Assembly: GCA_016748015.1 (NCBI GenBank)
Contig: JAAOMT010000519.1
Location: 264,046-328,045, forward strand
Length of the DNA: 64,000 nucleotides
Origin: Geosiphon pyriformis uo1
Lineage: Eukaryota; Fungi; Glomeromycota
Direction: 5' to 3'
A program made the translations under genes and the position numbers. Under the pieces are notes generated by a model. That model made no database searches, was not told where the DNA came from, and saw nothing but the letters and a program-made list of their open reading frames with translations. Below are positions 49,637-62,509 of the stretch, piece after piece. The stretch's first letter is position 1; each line of letters starts with the position of its first letter.

Positions 49637-52600
49637 ATTAACATGTAAACAAGTGGTTGTCAACCTATTCTTTGATTTTTCCAGACATGTCTAGCTTGAA
49701 ATATTTAATACTTTTTATCGCTTTTGAAGATTTTAAAAACAAACATACCATTAAATATTTTTTGATGTCACTAATTATAGAAGTTAAAAATTAGTAATAT
49801 CATGGAAAAAGAAATTTGCTTGTAAAAATTTTACTTGAAAGATATATTTGTGATAGATTTTTTCTTTTAAATATCTCTTTCGATTAATAACATCATTAAT
49901 AGCACTTGTAATCGATTCTATAAACTAAAATTTTTGTTTTTTTTCGGCATGAAAAATTGGAATCACGGAAAATAATATGCGTACCAATGAAGATACTTCC
50001 ATTTTTGAATATCTGCGATTTGCTGTGAATCTTGGGTAAAACAAAAACAAAAAATTATATTTTTTTGTCCGATTAATTGGCACTTTTAGGTGCTTTTCCA
50101 ATTTCTGTTTGAATTACATCATATAATGACATATGCTTTTCACAAATCTTTTTTGCAGCTCAAAAAGTTTTTAAGGCATCTGGTTGAAAATACCCGACTC
50201 GCCCGATCACTTGATTTCGAAACTATCTTTGGGTACAAAAATAGCCTCCTTCTTAATACACCAATACTTAATCAATCCCCAGAAACCCGTGTTTCGTTAG
50301 CTAATTTTCATTCTGCAAAGTCCAAGATTAATTTGTCCAATGCTGAAGGTTAAACATAAAATTTTTGCGTGGGAAGGGTTTTACACAAAGAAAGAGACTT
50401 ATCTCTTTTGTTTTGAGCAGATAATAGAAGAATTTGATTTCGGAATAATTATTAAAAGCATATGCCAGAATAAGAAGTTGGGAAGAAAATGATTAAAGTT
50501 GATCACTCAATTAGTTGCGATCGTTTGATATTTACTTATCACATGGTTAAATTTTCAATAAAATTATAATAGTTACATAATTTAATACGAACTTTTAAAA
50601 AAAATTTACAAATGGGTAAGGCGTGATGAGATATCTTTTTACTACCATTTTTTGCACACCACTCTAAGTGTTCCTTGAATTTTCTAAACTCATAAATATT
50701 TTTTACCTAGTTTTCGTGAATAAATCAAAGAAAAACCCTTTCCTGAAATTTTTTATAAAAATGACTATAATTTGTTTCATTGTGATTATTGATTTCACTT
50801 AATATTTTTCAAATATCTTTCTTTTTTGTCAATTATTAATAATTATAATGATATTATTTATCAAAAACATACTTTTAATATTGGCAAATAAAATATGAAT
50901 TTTGTTTTAATATCACTTTCTTTGAAATATTTTTCAAATACTCAAAATCTAGCAATAATTAATATTAATATATTAAAAAATGCTTAGCGGTTGTAAAAAT
51001 AAAAAAGGATCTATATACAATATTATTAAGCCAAAGTATTTTATTTTATTTTATTTTTATTCAAATAAAATTATGATTATATCTTTCTTATGATGAAGTT
51101 TTTTGAAAATTTTTTTATTTTTTTATTGATTACAAAAAACATTAAGTTTTATTTTAAAAAAGATTATTAAACTCACCATGTTGTTTTTATTTATTATCTT
51201 TCCAATAAAATTTAACCCTTTTAACAAAGATTAATTTTTAATTCAAAATAATAGTAATCAATGACAAAATTTTAGAGCATTTTACTCACAAAATTATTTC
51301 ATATCAACTGTTTTTTTTGAGCTAGATAAAGTTACAATTAGGGATTGAATCACAAAAAAAAATAAAATTTTTTTTTGCTTATAATTCCATAAATGAAACT
51401 TTTCATATGGCTATTTATGTATAATAAATTTTTTCAACTATTTTGAAATCAATAGATGTTTTTATAGAATAAAAATAGGTTTAAAATTTGGATTCACAAA
51501 AAAATAGTTTTCTTGAGAATATTCTCAATAAAACAAAAATTAATTATTAATTAATATTTTTATAAATGTTTGGGGTGAATTTGCTCTAAAGACAACAGTT
51601 ATCAAGAAAAGTAACTGTTAGTCAATGTGCAAATACTTGTGATAGTTTTGGTAACGAAATCAACTAAATTAAAATGCTATAGGTTTTATAAAAAGTGTTA
51701 AGTAATGAGATGATAGTAATACTAATAATAATAAGTTTTGGCCCTCCAAAAATTAGAAATGTGTTTTGTTTTTGTGAAAATAAAAGAATTAAGATTAGAA
51801 ATGTGTTGTATAACACTAAAAGCTTCCCAACATGTACTATTTAATAATAAAACTGGACAGTCTGAAAAATAGCAGCATTTTATGATAAATATAAAATGAG
51901 CATTAATAATTGAACGGTGCTAGAATAAGTGAAAAACGAAATAAAAACAAATAAAAAAAAGTAAAGGTTATTTTAACACCCCAGCTTATTATCAAAAATA
52001 CATATTTTTAAAAAGCCACCATTTTATTTATAAAATAAAGTAAAAGATATGCATAAAATTTACTGTCTTCAGTCCCGTTCACACTTAAAAATTAAAATTT
52101 GATATTTTCAATGAATAATAAATTTAAATGAATGTCTAAAAATATAATTTCAAACAAGATTTCAAGAATGTTTGTTTAATAATAAAAACATCTTATTAAA
52201 ATTTCTTAAATTTAAAGAATACAAAATCTTACAATTAATTTAAAATAAAGCTGATAAATCTAGTGTTTAGGTACATTCCAGCTGGATTAAAGAATCTCAT
52301 TTAAAAATTATGATTACAATATTTATATCAAAATATCAAAGATTATAATATGCTTCAAAAATTGAAAATATTCTTTTGCATTAATGTTAAAGTAATTTTT
52401 TCAAAAGTGAATCTTGCAAAGGTTAAGCTAATTTCAAACTACAAATATAATATATACATTCGAGATAAAAAGTCACCAGGCACTTTTTAATTAGGATTGC
52501 AAAATTAACCAAAAATGCTACTAAATTTAAAGAAAAACCTTTAACTTTTTGGTATAAGTTGGTTTTTGTTGATGTATTCTTGCTGAAAATGTATTAAAAA

Positions 52601-53176
52601 AATTATTAAAATTTGTGCTTTGCATAAATTAATTGGTTTATACAAAAATAGAATTTAATTAAACAAAAAAAAATTTAATAGTAATAATTTTATCTTGATT
52701 GTTATACATAGTAAAAATGAAAAAAATAAATTTATAAAACTTTGAAAACAAATTTGTTTTCTTGAATTTATTAAAATTACTATTATTTTCTGGCAACCAA
52801 TATTTTAAATATCTGAATTAGTCAAAAAGTTAAATTTTGACATTTGAAAAATGAATTACAATCAACTAATATAAAAAATTTATAAAAAATTAATTAAATT
52901 TATATTAAGACATATTTAAACATGCATTGAAATTATTGATACTTTAAATTTTATTCATAATAATAAATAAATTTTCTGGCAATTTTAAGAGTATAAGATA
53001 AATATTATCCAAATTTATTTTTAATACTATATTTATCAACACAACCACATAATAAAAATTGGTATTTTTCTAGGTAAAAAAGTCAATAATTTATTAACTT
53101 AAATGTTTTCAAAAATTTACTCAATAAAATCATTAACCTAGTTGATAAACTGGATATTAATTAATTTTAACAAGTA

Positions 53177-53869
53177 CAGTACACCGTAAAAGTATTCGAC
53201 TCAACTCGATTTTTCAAAGCTCATCACGTAAGTATTTTATCAATACCTCAATCAGATTTTGGTCAAGTGACGTCGATGATCATTAACATTAACATCATTT
53301 TCCTCAATAAAACATTTTTTGAACAATGTTTCGGATCATTATCTTCCTGCAAGACTCACTTTATAGAACAAAATGGAAAAAAACTTTTTTCATATATTGC
53401 GATCATAAAATTAGCCTTGAAATTGTGTTATAAGCTAATCATACATTGACTTTTAATACTTCACGAACCAGAATAATTCAGGAAACTGCCAGAAAATATA
53501 ACTTGGATTCTAGTCAAAATCATCTTTTTGTTTGGCAGTTTGGAAAGTTTTGTCATATATTTACTTCTATCCCTTACGTAAACGTCGTTGAATAGAGTCT
53601 AGCTAATGTTAACCTTTTATTTTATCATTTTCCTATTGTAAATCATTAGAGTTTAGATTAAATTTTTTTTTTGCAAGTTGTACAATTTTGGCGTCTTGCT
53701 TTGGGGTCTTTTGTTTACTCCCAATAAAGGGCAGCTGCATGTTCAAGTTTCGTAACGCTTATGTATTGGGAGACATTTCTGCGGCATGGAACTTGATAAT
53801 GATATCAGCTTTTTATGTCATTCTTTGTCTTCGGAAAATCTTGAGGTCGGATACTTTTGCGGTACGCTG
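53177..53869 (-). mobile_element. Internally deleted Tc1-family DNA transposon, 693 bp, both TIRs and TA target-site duplication
   Basis: TA|CAGTACACCGTAAAAGTATTCGAC at 53177 and GTCGGATACTTTTGCGGTACGCTG|TA ending 53869 (19/24 match). Minus strand encodes LQEDNDPKHCSK (about 53320-53352) and SLDQNLIE (about 53247-53270, decayed SPDLNPIE). Confidence 0.85.
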
Positions 53870-54443
53870 TAGGTGGAGCCTTTTTTCTGCTAACCATTGC
53901 GAGCCCAAATTCAATTATTCAATATGCTGAGAAAAAGGGCCATGCATATAAGAAAAATTTACAAATTTTCAATTCATGAACCAGGGAATTCGAGTATTTA
54001 TAATTTGTAGTTTTTCAAGAAGAATCCGAATTATTATAAATAGTCAGCTTTAAAATTTGAACAGAGGCAGTTGCGAGAATCTCTAACTTAAGAATATGAA
54101 AAAAGGTAAGGAAATTCATGGTTCACCTTGAATTGAGACAGTTTTTAAAAATGATTAATGCATTCTTTTTTGTTTTCAAAACTAAAAGATACAAAAAGAA
54201 TTCTTTACTTTTTAAAATTAAGAAAATTTCTGTTTGTTCAACAAGTGCGCACACTACAGAAATTTAACAATGAATAATTGACATTAAGTTTAATGTCAAG
54301 GTCTAAGATTTGGAATGAATTTTTTAAAAAAGAGACTACCTTTTTTAATATTATTGTACTGTGGGCCTTTACTCATTTGAAATGCTAATTGTTAAGTGTA
54401 CTATAGGGTAGGATGTTAAAACCTCTATCCGATTCGTGAAACT

Positions 54444-55043
54444 TTAAGGGGATGGGGTTGGGGTTGGGAATGAGGGTGAGGATGGGTCTATGGTGACCGT
54501 TGAATTAGAGGACGATGTTGGTATCACTGTAACAGTTGGAGTCTCGTCGCTATTGCTAATGGGAGTACTAGTGGGAGTGGATTGATTAGTCGGGGGAGGC
54601 GTAGCTTCACGAGTAGTTATTGGAGAAGGTGTTGTAGGTGTGTAAGTAGGTGTTTCGGCCAAATCAAAATTTGAGAGGTCACCATTATTATTGCTTGGAT
54701 TAAAGCCTAACGCATTTTCAGGCATCATTATTTCGTCTTTTGCTACAATTTCATTTGTTTTAAATTTAATTAATTTTTTTATATGAATTTCTTCAAAATA
54801 ATCAGGCAGAAGAACATTCTTGAAAGCATAATTACCCATTCCCTTTTCTGTGAAAAGGGAATCTAGACCATTAGCCCCAAGACCCGTTAAACTATAGGAA
54901 TCCAGTCCTAATTGTTCAACGGCCAGTGGGTTTTCAATTGGCATGGCTTCAGAAAGGAATAAGCGAGTCCCAAGACATGAAAAAATTGACGTAATGGCAA
55001 TGAATAGGATAGCTTGCTTAGTAGTAGTGTAATAACAATACAT
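54444..55043 (-). CDS. Putative secreted or surface protein with Thr/Pro/Ser-rich C-terminus, about 199 aa
   Basis: N-terminal hydrophobic stretch AILFIAITSIFSCLG; mucin-like tail TPTYTPTTPSPITT...PTPTPSP; start codon uncertain. Confidence 0.7.
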   Translation of the reverse strand: MYCYYTTTKQAILFIAITSIFSCLGTRLFLSEAMPIENPLAVEQLGLDSYSLTGLGANGLDSLFTEKGMGNYAFKNVLLPDYFEEIHIKKLIKFKTNEIVAKDEIMMPENALGFNPSNNNGDLSNFDLAETPTYTPTTPSPITTREATPPPTNQSTPTSTPISNSDETPTVTVIPTSSSNSTVTIDPSSPSFPTPTPSP

Positions 55044-56849
55044 GATGAGAGTATTTGATAGCAAAGAAAAATACAGGTAATTTTTTTTTGTAGTTGTAAC
55101 TAAATTCTTCCGTTAACATGGATAAGTATTTATACCTTCCGATTTCAGCTTGATATTTGGATTGGCATCTCTTGACGGAGAACTTGGTTTTCAAATCTAA
55201 TAACCTCCTAAGCCTTTCAGAAAACAATAATAGTAACAAAACTCAATGTGACTACCGTCTCGACAAACACTTTGGAAAATCGTGTCATCAAAACTGTTGC
55301 AAAATTTTCACTTATTTTAATATAGTAACCATTCTAAATATTTATTTTATAAGGTCATTTTTTCTGTTTCTCTTGAAATTTTTTAATTTGGTTAGACTTT
55401 CTCCTGCCTAATCATTTAAAAAAAGACCAAAAAGAGCAAGATCCCACGAATCTACATGTGTTTAATCTTGCTATCAGTTTGGAAAATCAAAAATTTGTTT
55501 TTTGTTTTGGAATCCCAATATTTTATCAAAATAACTTGGAAATTAGCAGTCTTAAGGACTTTTTCAACCAGAAAAAAGCAAATTGACCAAAAGTAATGAA
55601 TTTCAAAAGAGTTTAAAGTCTCAAAAATTGACAGATTGATTCTATGAACTTTACTAGATAGATTTACTGAAAATTTATGACCGGTCACAGTTTAAAAAGC
55701 AATAAATCCTTGAAAACGGTTATAGCTATATTTGTTGGCAAAATATTTTTTAGGATTAGAAGCGTTTTAGATCTGAGAAGAGCTGTTCCATATATTTATT
55801 CAATAATTGATATTTTTAAAGTTTGCAGAAATATTGTTAAATAACTCCAAATTTGAACAGAATTCATTTGAAATTATCTTAAAACCTGTAAAAAGATTAT
55901 CAAGTCGACATGTTGATGCTTTGTGTTTATTATATCGACCTCCTCGAAGATACATACAGTAAATAAGCAATTCGATCAAAATAACTTGTTGATTTGAAGA
56001 TTTAGAGCAGTTATACGTGAAAATTAATCTAATAGTATGACCCGGTGTTTATGAGAATTACACTCTCGAGATTATATGCTTAGCTTGAAACAAACCCTTA
56101 GATGAGTAGTTTTACATATCACAAAACAAATGATCCCACAACATCTATGCCAAACTATTTACATATAAAAATCATATCTGACACGTAGAAATGTTTTTGG
56201 CAGTTAGAATTTCAGTCTTTTTTTTTTCAAAATATAAGAATTTATTTCCTTTCTTGGAGATTATTTTTTGAAACCATTTTCTACATTTCAAAGCTTTCAT
56301 GTGTTTCAAAGAAATCTAGCTTTACAGTTGAATAAATATTATGAGAATATTTATTGCTTATCAAAATTGGCATTAGTTTGTTGATTGATGGATTTTATAA
56401 AGGAATTCTGGAATGTAATAGTCATTTAGGTGAATATATGAGGACAATCTGAATTAGTAATTGAATTTGAGTATAAAGTTAAAAAGCTTTTCACAAAGTA
56501 AAAAAAAATAGTTTGTCGAAAGTTTAGCCACCAAAAATTTATCATTTGACTGACGAAAGATCTCTTATTTCATGGATGAGCAATTGAAAGATAAATAATG
56601 GTGATTTTAAAAAAGCCAAGAGGTTGAATAGTTCGTTTTGCATTCTTTTGCTCTTATAAAAAAAGGCACAAATCATGTATGTATTAATCAGGACTTTGAA
56701 ATCAACCAGGGGTATTGTGGCAATTTAATTAAAAAGGACTTGAATGTATCAAAATTTTGGAATTTTAGTAAAATACCAAAAAAATAAATGTTTAGGAGTA
56801 AAGATGACAGAAATCTCACTACACAACATAGTTCTCATCCAAAAACGGA

Positions 56850-57272
56850 TTAGAAATAGTCAAAAGCCAGTCTTGTGAAAAGATTTAAAAACCCTATTTT
56901 GAGCAGAAAATGAGTTCCGATTTTCACACTTTGAGTTGCGTCACTTGGAGTGAAGATTACAGTAGGTGTAATAATAGTTTTGCTAGAAATTGTTGAACTG
57001 GACGTTGTCGATACGGAATTATTTGTAGCAATAGTGGGTGAACTTAAAATTATTGTGGGAGAGCTGCTAGTGGGTGAACTTAAAATTATTGTGGGAGAGC
57101 TGCTAGTTGGCGAGTTCGGAAGAATGCTAACAGTGCCATTAGCGTTGGTATATCCTTGGTTTTGAAACGCTCGATATTTAGGATTTGTGCCAACCTCGTT
57201 TGAATTTGTGACGGAATTTGTTAAAGAAATCCATAGAATAAATGTGATTATATAAATCTTTTGAAAAAGCAT
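56850..57272 (-). CDS. Small secreted Ser/Thr-rich protein, possibly GPI-anchored, 140 aa
   Basis: Signal-peptide-like MLFQKIYIITFILWISLTNS; 30-bp repeat encoding SPTSSSPTIILS; C-terminal SDA followed by a moderately hydrophobic tail. Confidence 0.75.
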   Translation of the reverse strand: MLFQKIYIITFILWISLTNSVTNSNEVGTNPKYRAFQNQGYTNANGTVSILPNSPTSSSPTIILSSPTSSSPTIILSSPTIATNNSVSTTSSSTISSKTIITPTVIFTPSDATQSVKIGTHFLLKIGFLNLFTRLAFDYF

Positions 57273-57523
57273 TTTTTAACCAAGGTCAAAATATTCTTTG
57301 GTGAATTAGCTGATTCAATTTTGCTTTCATATAGAGCTATAGTTTAAAAAGGAATGCAGCTCATCTATGTTTTCATTGAACAAATACTTTGTAGGGAGTA
57401 CATAAATAAGATCTACTACACTTGCTGATCTGTATTAGTTTTGGGCAATCTCTAAATCGAAGTTTTATTAAAAATCGGATTTTAAACTAAAAAAAATGGG
57501 GAAAAAAGTTTTTTTTTCTGTTA

Positions 57524-59717
57524 CAGTCAGACCTCCATAAAAGAACCCTCGATAAAAGAACAACCTCTTACAAAAAACATTTTTTTATAGAACCAATTGA
57601 TTAATTAACAATTTTCCCTTTATAAGAACAAGAACATAATTTTATCAAACGTTTATTCGAAATTTACCTTCATATAAGAACAAATATCACGTGCTAGATG
57701 TTAATTGGTAATTGGGAAAAGAGTTAGAACGTATTGAATTGATTTCATCCTAACTTTCTTTTAAATCGATTTACTCTTTTTGATTTTGTCTGTTTTTACA
57801 TATAGCCATTTAGCCCTTATTGTATTCTAATTCAGGCTTGCTAAAACCAAATCTAATATTATTATTATAGGCACATTTTCTAACAGACTTGCTAAATTAT
57901 CACAATGTCGGAACCTTTATTCAAAAAACAAAAACGAGCAACAGTCAATGATGCTCTTCATAAAGAAATTTGTCAATATTCCAAAAATCACTATGGCACG
58001 AAACATGATGATATTGTAGCTTACTTTAATCATAAATATCCAGAACTTCATATTTCTCGTCCAACTGTCTCCAAGATAATCAAAGAGCATGCAAAGTGGT
58101 TGAATATTGAAATTGATGAAATCTCAGAAAGATCTATTCGACACAAAAGCGTTAAATTTCTATTATTAAACCAAGCTTTAAGTTATTGGATAGAACAAGT
58201 AACTGCAGCCACTATTGAATTCAATGATCAATTAATTAAAGAGAAAGGAAAAGAATTTGCCAAACTTCTTGATATGCACAGAAATGAAATACAATTCTCA
58301 AATGGATGGGTTCAAAAATTCAAAAAATGAAACCAGTTACGTGTTTACCGATTTCATGGTGAAGCAGGAAGTGTATCAACTGAAAGTTTACCAGAAGAAC
58401 GAAGAAAATTAAAAACCATTATATCCGAATTTGATCTTGCTGACATATATAATGCTGATGAAACAGGATTATTTTTTCGTATGGGACCAAATCAAACACT
58501 TGCAAAACGTCGAAATGCAGGAAAAAAATTGGTATATTATATTTACCAATTGTTATCGTTATATATTATTGTTATATTAAATTAATTGGGTTTTTTATAG
58601 AATAAATCTCGAATTACAATTTTTTTTGCTACAAGTTCAACTGAATCTCACAAATTACAACTTTTAATAATTGAACATGCAAAAAATCCAAGATGCTTTA
58701 AAGAAATTAATACTTCCAACCTACCTGTGATTTACAAGTTCAATTCCAAAGCATGGATGCGCTCAGATATATGGAAAGCATGACTCAAATATATAAATGA
58801 AGGCTTCAAATTCAAAATCGGCATATATTACTTTTGGTTGATAATGCAACTTCTCATCATACTCAAATCAGGGAAGATTCATTCCAATTAACCAATATTA
58901 CTTTGCACTATTTTCCTCCAAATACAATATCACATCTTCAACCAATGGATGCTATCATTATCAAATCTTTCAAAGGCAAATATAAGCACTTATATTGTCA
59001 ACATATTTTACATCAATTTGAACAAAAAATTAACATTGAACAGTTAAGTAATATAATATATACAGTATTATTATCATTATATATTATATAATTTTATCTA
59101 ATATTAAATTATTTTTTAGAAATAAATTAAACATAAAACAAGCAATTGATTATGTTGTTCAATCATGGTTTCAAGTAGCACCTGTTACAATTCAAAACTG
59201 TTAGAAATTCAAGAATCCGAAACATTAATTGCTATGTATATATTCAACAATTTACCATCAAATGCACAACAATTGGTCAAAAATCTCGAAGATTATACTG
59301 TAGCAGTTGATGAATTATTGGCAACTGAAAATATTCTTGATGATAATGAAATTGTAGATATGGTTTTAGCCGATGCTCAAATTGAAACCAATACAATTAA
59401 TGACTCGGAAGAAGAATTAGAAGAATCTCCACCTGCTATAATTACAATTACAGAAGCATATGAAGCATTAAAAAAGGTAATTAGATTTGAAGAGCAATTA
59501 GCAGTATAGAAAACCAAAATTTACTTAGAAAAAAATGAAGGAAAATTCTAAAAAACAGGTAACAATTAATCAATATTTTAATAATAATAATAATTGATTG
59601 AATTAATAAATAAATATAGTTTATTTGATAATAATTATAAAGCTCTATAATAGAACACCTCTAAAATGGAACATAATTTGCATGTCCCAACTGTGTTCTT
59701 TTATAGAGGTCTGACTG
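57524..59717 (+). mobile_element. Full-length pogo/Tigger-like DNA transposon, 2194 bp
   Basis: 23-bp TIRs CAGTCAGACCTCCATAAAAGAAC and GTTCTTTTATAGAGGTCTGACTG (1 mismatch), flanked by TA at 57522-57523 and 59718-59719; subterminal ATAAAAGAAC-like repeats. Confidence 0.96.
57905..59509 (+). pseudogene. pogo transposase pseudogene (CENP-B-type HTHs + DD35D), two spliceosomal introns
   Basis: ISRPTVSKIIK, FSNGWVQKFKK, HGEAGS, YNADETGLF, KAWM, LLVDNATSH, HLQPMD. Introns 58532-58600 and 59043-59119. Stops at 58328, 58781 and about 59201; frameshift near 58810. Confidence 0.92.
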
Positions 59718-60321
59718 TATTTATTGCATTTTCCCTTAAGAATTGTTAAATTTCCTTTATACAAAATTTAGATACAATTTGCATTGTGATATTTAGTAAC
59801 AAAAAATTAATGCTAAAATAATTAAAAGATATTATAAATTAAAATTTCCATTACTTGTAAATCATAATTTATTTTGGAAAATATTAAACTTCAAATTAAA
59901 AATACAAGTTTTTAATTTGTTCCTTAATTTGGTGTTTATTATCATCATAATAAACATTTGTTAAGAAGTATATAATAAAATTTCCTAGATAAATGATTTA
60001 TTTTACTTATTCGGAGCGCTCTGATTTTTGAACTTGCCTTTTTTTTTTGTATCATGAAGTCCCGGCAATACAAGACTTTGTATTATGAAAAAGAAAATTT
60101 CTGAACCGCTTTTGAATCAATAGATAAAGCAATTTTAACTCTTTCGCTTATGATAAATTTCGGTAAGGGCTTTTGTTTATTAAAAAATGATTTTCCTACG
60201 AGTTATTTATTATTTACAATATTTGGAGGAAAACTAATTTTGAAATAGAATGTATTGCAATAGGAAAGGCAGTAGAAATTTTTTCTAGTCGAAATATTAA
60301 ATTAATGAAATAAATAAAATG

Positions 60322-61189
60322 TCATTGACTGATTGAATTATTGTTGGCGTATTCATTTGGGACATCTATAGTAGTAGACATTTCCGGTAAAAACTTCTCG
60401 TTGTTTTTTAACTTTTTTTTGCATCCACCATGAAACGCTTTCGAGTTTGACCAAATTACCAAATCCACACCCTCCATAGCAAACATGCAGCCTAAAATCA
60501 ACGCAGCACTAGCATCAATCCACCAAGTTTTACTCGAAAGTCTATAAATCAACGATCCTAGAAACAAGACGATTGTTATTTTCAAACAAGCTAAAGAACA
60601 AGATGCTTCAGAAGCCATGGCTGAAGAGTCTAATTTTTTAGCAAGCACTCGCTTCACAATGAATAGCAAGAGCATAATGAGTAAAGATATGCTAGAAATT
60701 ATGACACCAGAGACACTAGGATCAGGATGAGTGTGCTGTACAAGAGAGGTAATTGAGGCTGCAAATGTTCCTAGCGCAAGAAATATGAAAAAAATTCCGA
60801 TAGCAAGGGTCGCTTTACGTTCTTTAACAAGAGTGGCTTCAATGTGATCTTCAGAGTTCTCCATAGATGGTTCAGTTAAGAAACGCCAGAGAATAATTAT
60901 TGAAGAAGCTATTTCTACCAGCGAGTTCACTCCAAATGTAGCGAGTGCTACAGATTCGACTGAATAAAAAAAAAGTGTAAGCTTTAAACTAATTTGATAA
61001 TTTTTTGTATAGAAATCACAAACCTCTAGCCCCAAAGAATATTGATATGATGCCTTCTGGAATATTCCACAAAATGCTGACTATAGATATAATAATTGCC
61101 CACATGACATAATTGGAACGAGGGTGAAAAGTAGAGTCATTTGAAAATAAGCAGGAAATTTTCCATCTCTTGAACAATTGGGTTTTCAT
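60322..61189 (-). CDS. TMEM163-like cation-efflux (CDF superfamily) transporter, about 267 aa, 2 exons
   Basis: Exons 61189-61024 and 60959-60322 (804 nt); six TM segments; motifs WNIPEGIISIFFG, SVALATFGVNSLVE, ILWRF, ERKAT, KKLDSSAM, WWIDASAALI. Confidence 0.85.
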
Positions 61190-61849
61190 ACTTGTAAATT
61201 ATATTTTGTATGGAAGCCTCATACTTGGGACTTTTCTAACAATCTTATATTGCTCGGAGAAGCTTTATTTTCGTGAAATCAAAGATTTCAATCATTTTTG
61301 TTGTCGCTTTAAAATGAATGCATCGATAAAAACCATTTAAGCTCGTATGATTTAAATGCGCTTTAGCAGATAAAAATGAAATTTGATATTTTTAGAAAGG
61401 TGCATAATTTTTCAAATAATGTTTTAAAAATTTAGAATATTGGGTAAATATTTTAACTATTAGTTCAATTTTATAGAGATTCATATTCAAAGAGAAGCAT
61501 AATTTTCTCCGAATTAAAATTCAGAACTTTAGATTTCACACACATCAAACTATAGGAAGCTTACAATTCTATAAAGAAGTTAGTTTTCATCAGGAACAAT
61601 TTGTCGACCCCAATTTTGATGTACGAATTTTAGCCTTTCATCATTAATACATTAAAATGAAACATTTGAAGGGAACCAATTTTTTAATTTCCCAAATATT
61701 ACTTTTATTCAAAAAAAAAAATTCGAACTTTAGTATTATAAGAATTATATTGGTTTATACCTTCGAAGCTTGATAAGTTTCCAGAACTTTCAACAGGATG
61801 ATAAATTAAAGTTGATGATGGATATTGTGAATAATGTGTTTGATGACTA

Positions 61850-62400
61850 AAAATTGATTCGTAGACTATCAGCAAGCTTACAAAAAAGAAATTAATCTAA
61901 CCGCTAATCATTCACAATAGGAAATGACAAAACGAAAGGTTAACATTAGCATGGACATTATTAAACGACGTTTACGTAAGGGTGAGGATATGAATAAATA
62001 TATGACTAAAATATCCAAACCTTTTACATACTGCCAAAGACTATATTTTCAGATGAAGTTTGGCAGTTTCCTGGACGAAGGAGCACCCATTTAAAAGTCA
62101 ATGTATGAGGTTATTTTTCAGCTTCAGGCTTTGGTAAACTGATTAGCTTACAACACACAATCTCAAATGCTGAATCATCAGAATGAGTCTTTCGTTGATC
62201 TTTATACATGATTTTGTTTCCTCTTGGTAAGCAAGATTCATTTCAAGATCTTTCAAATATGGCATTGATGACTTTGAAAAAATGCGCAAACAATAAAATA
62301 GGAAGGAATCTTCCACCAAAAACGTCAAATGCATGTCGGCGTAGTATTATTAATAATCAAATTCTATGCCAAATCGGAACATGCATTTCAAACTGTATTA
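61850..62400 (+). mobile_element. Tc1-family transposase relic, same family as 53177-53869, opposite orientation
   Basis: 61872-62162 aligns as a diverged reverse complement of 53421-53680. Decayed motifs VNISMDIIKRRLRK, IFSDE, VNV*GYFSASGFGKL and NSMPNR; TIRs not found. Confidence 0.75.
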
Positions 62401-62509
62401 TTTAAATAAGGTTGAGTTTTAATCAAAGGAAAAAAGATTCGAGCTCAAACATCCTTTTCATAAATCTTGATTGAAATTCAAGCTTGCCTGTTTATTTGAT
62501 CAAGCTAAA

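Noticed and set aside
49940-50400. Coding-like patch with ORF 50090..50353
   Set aside because: GTG start, no motif, minus-strand frames interrupted.
53421-62162. Long inverted repeat read as the TIRs of one large cargo element or a conserved regulatory element
   Set aside because: Both arms are internal Tc1 transposase sequence and the left copy has its own TIRs.
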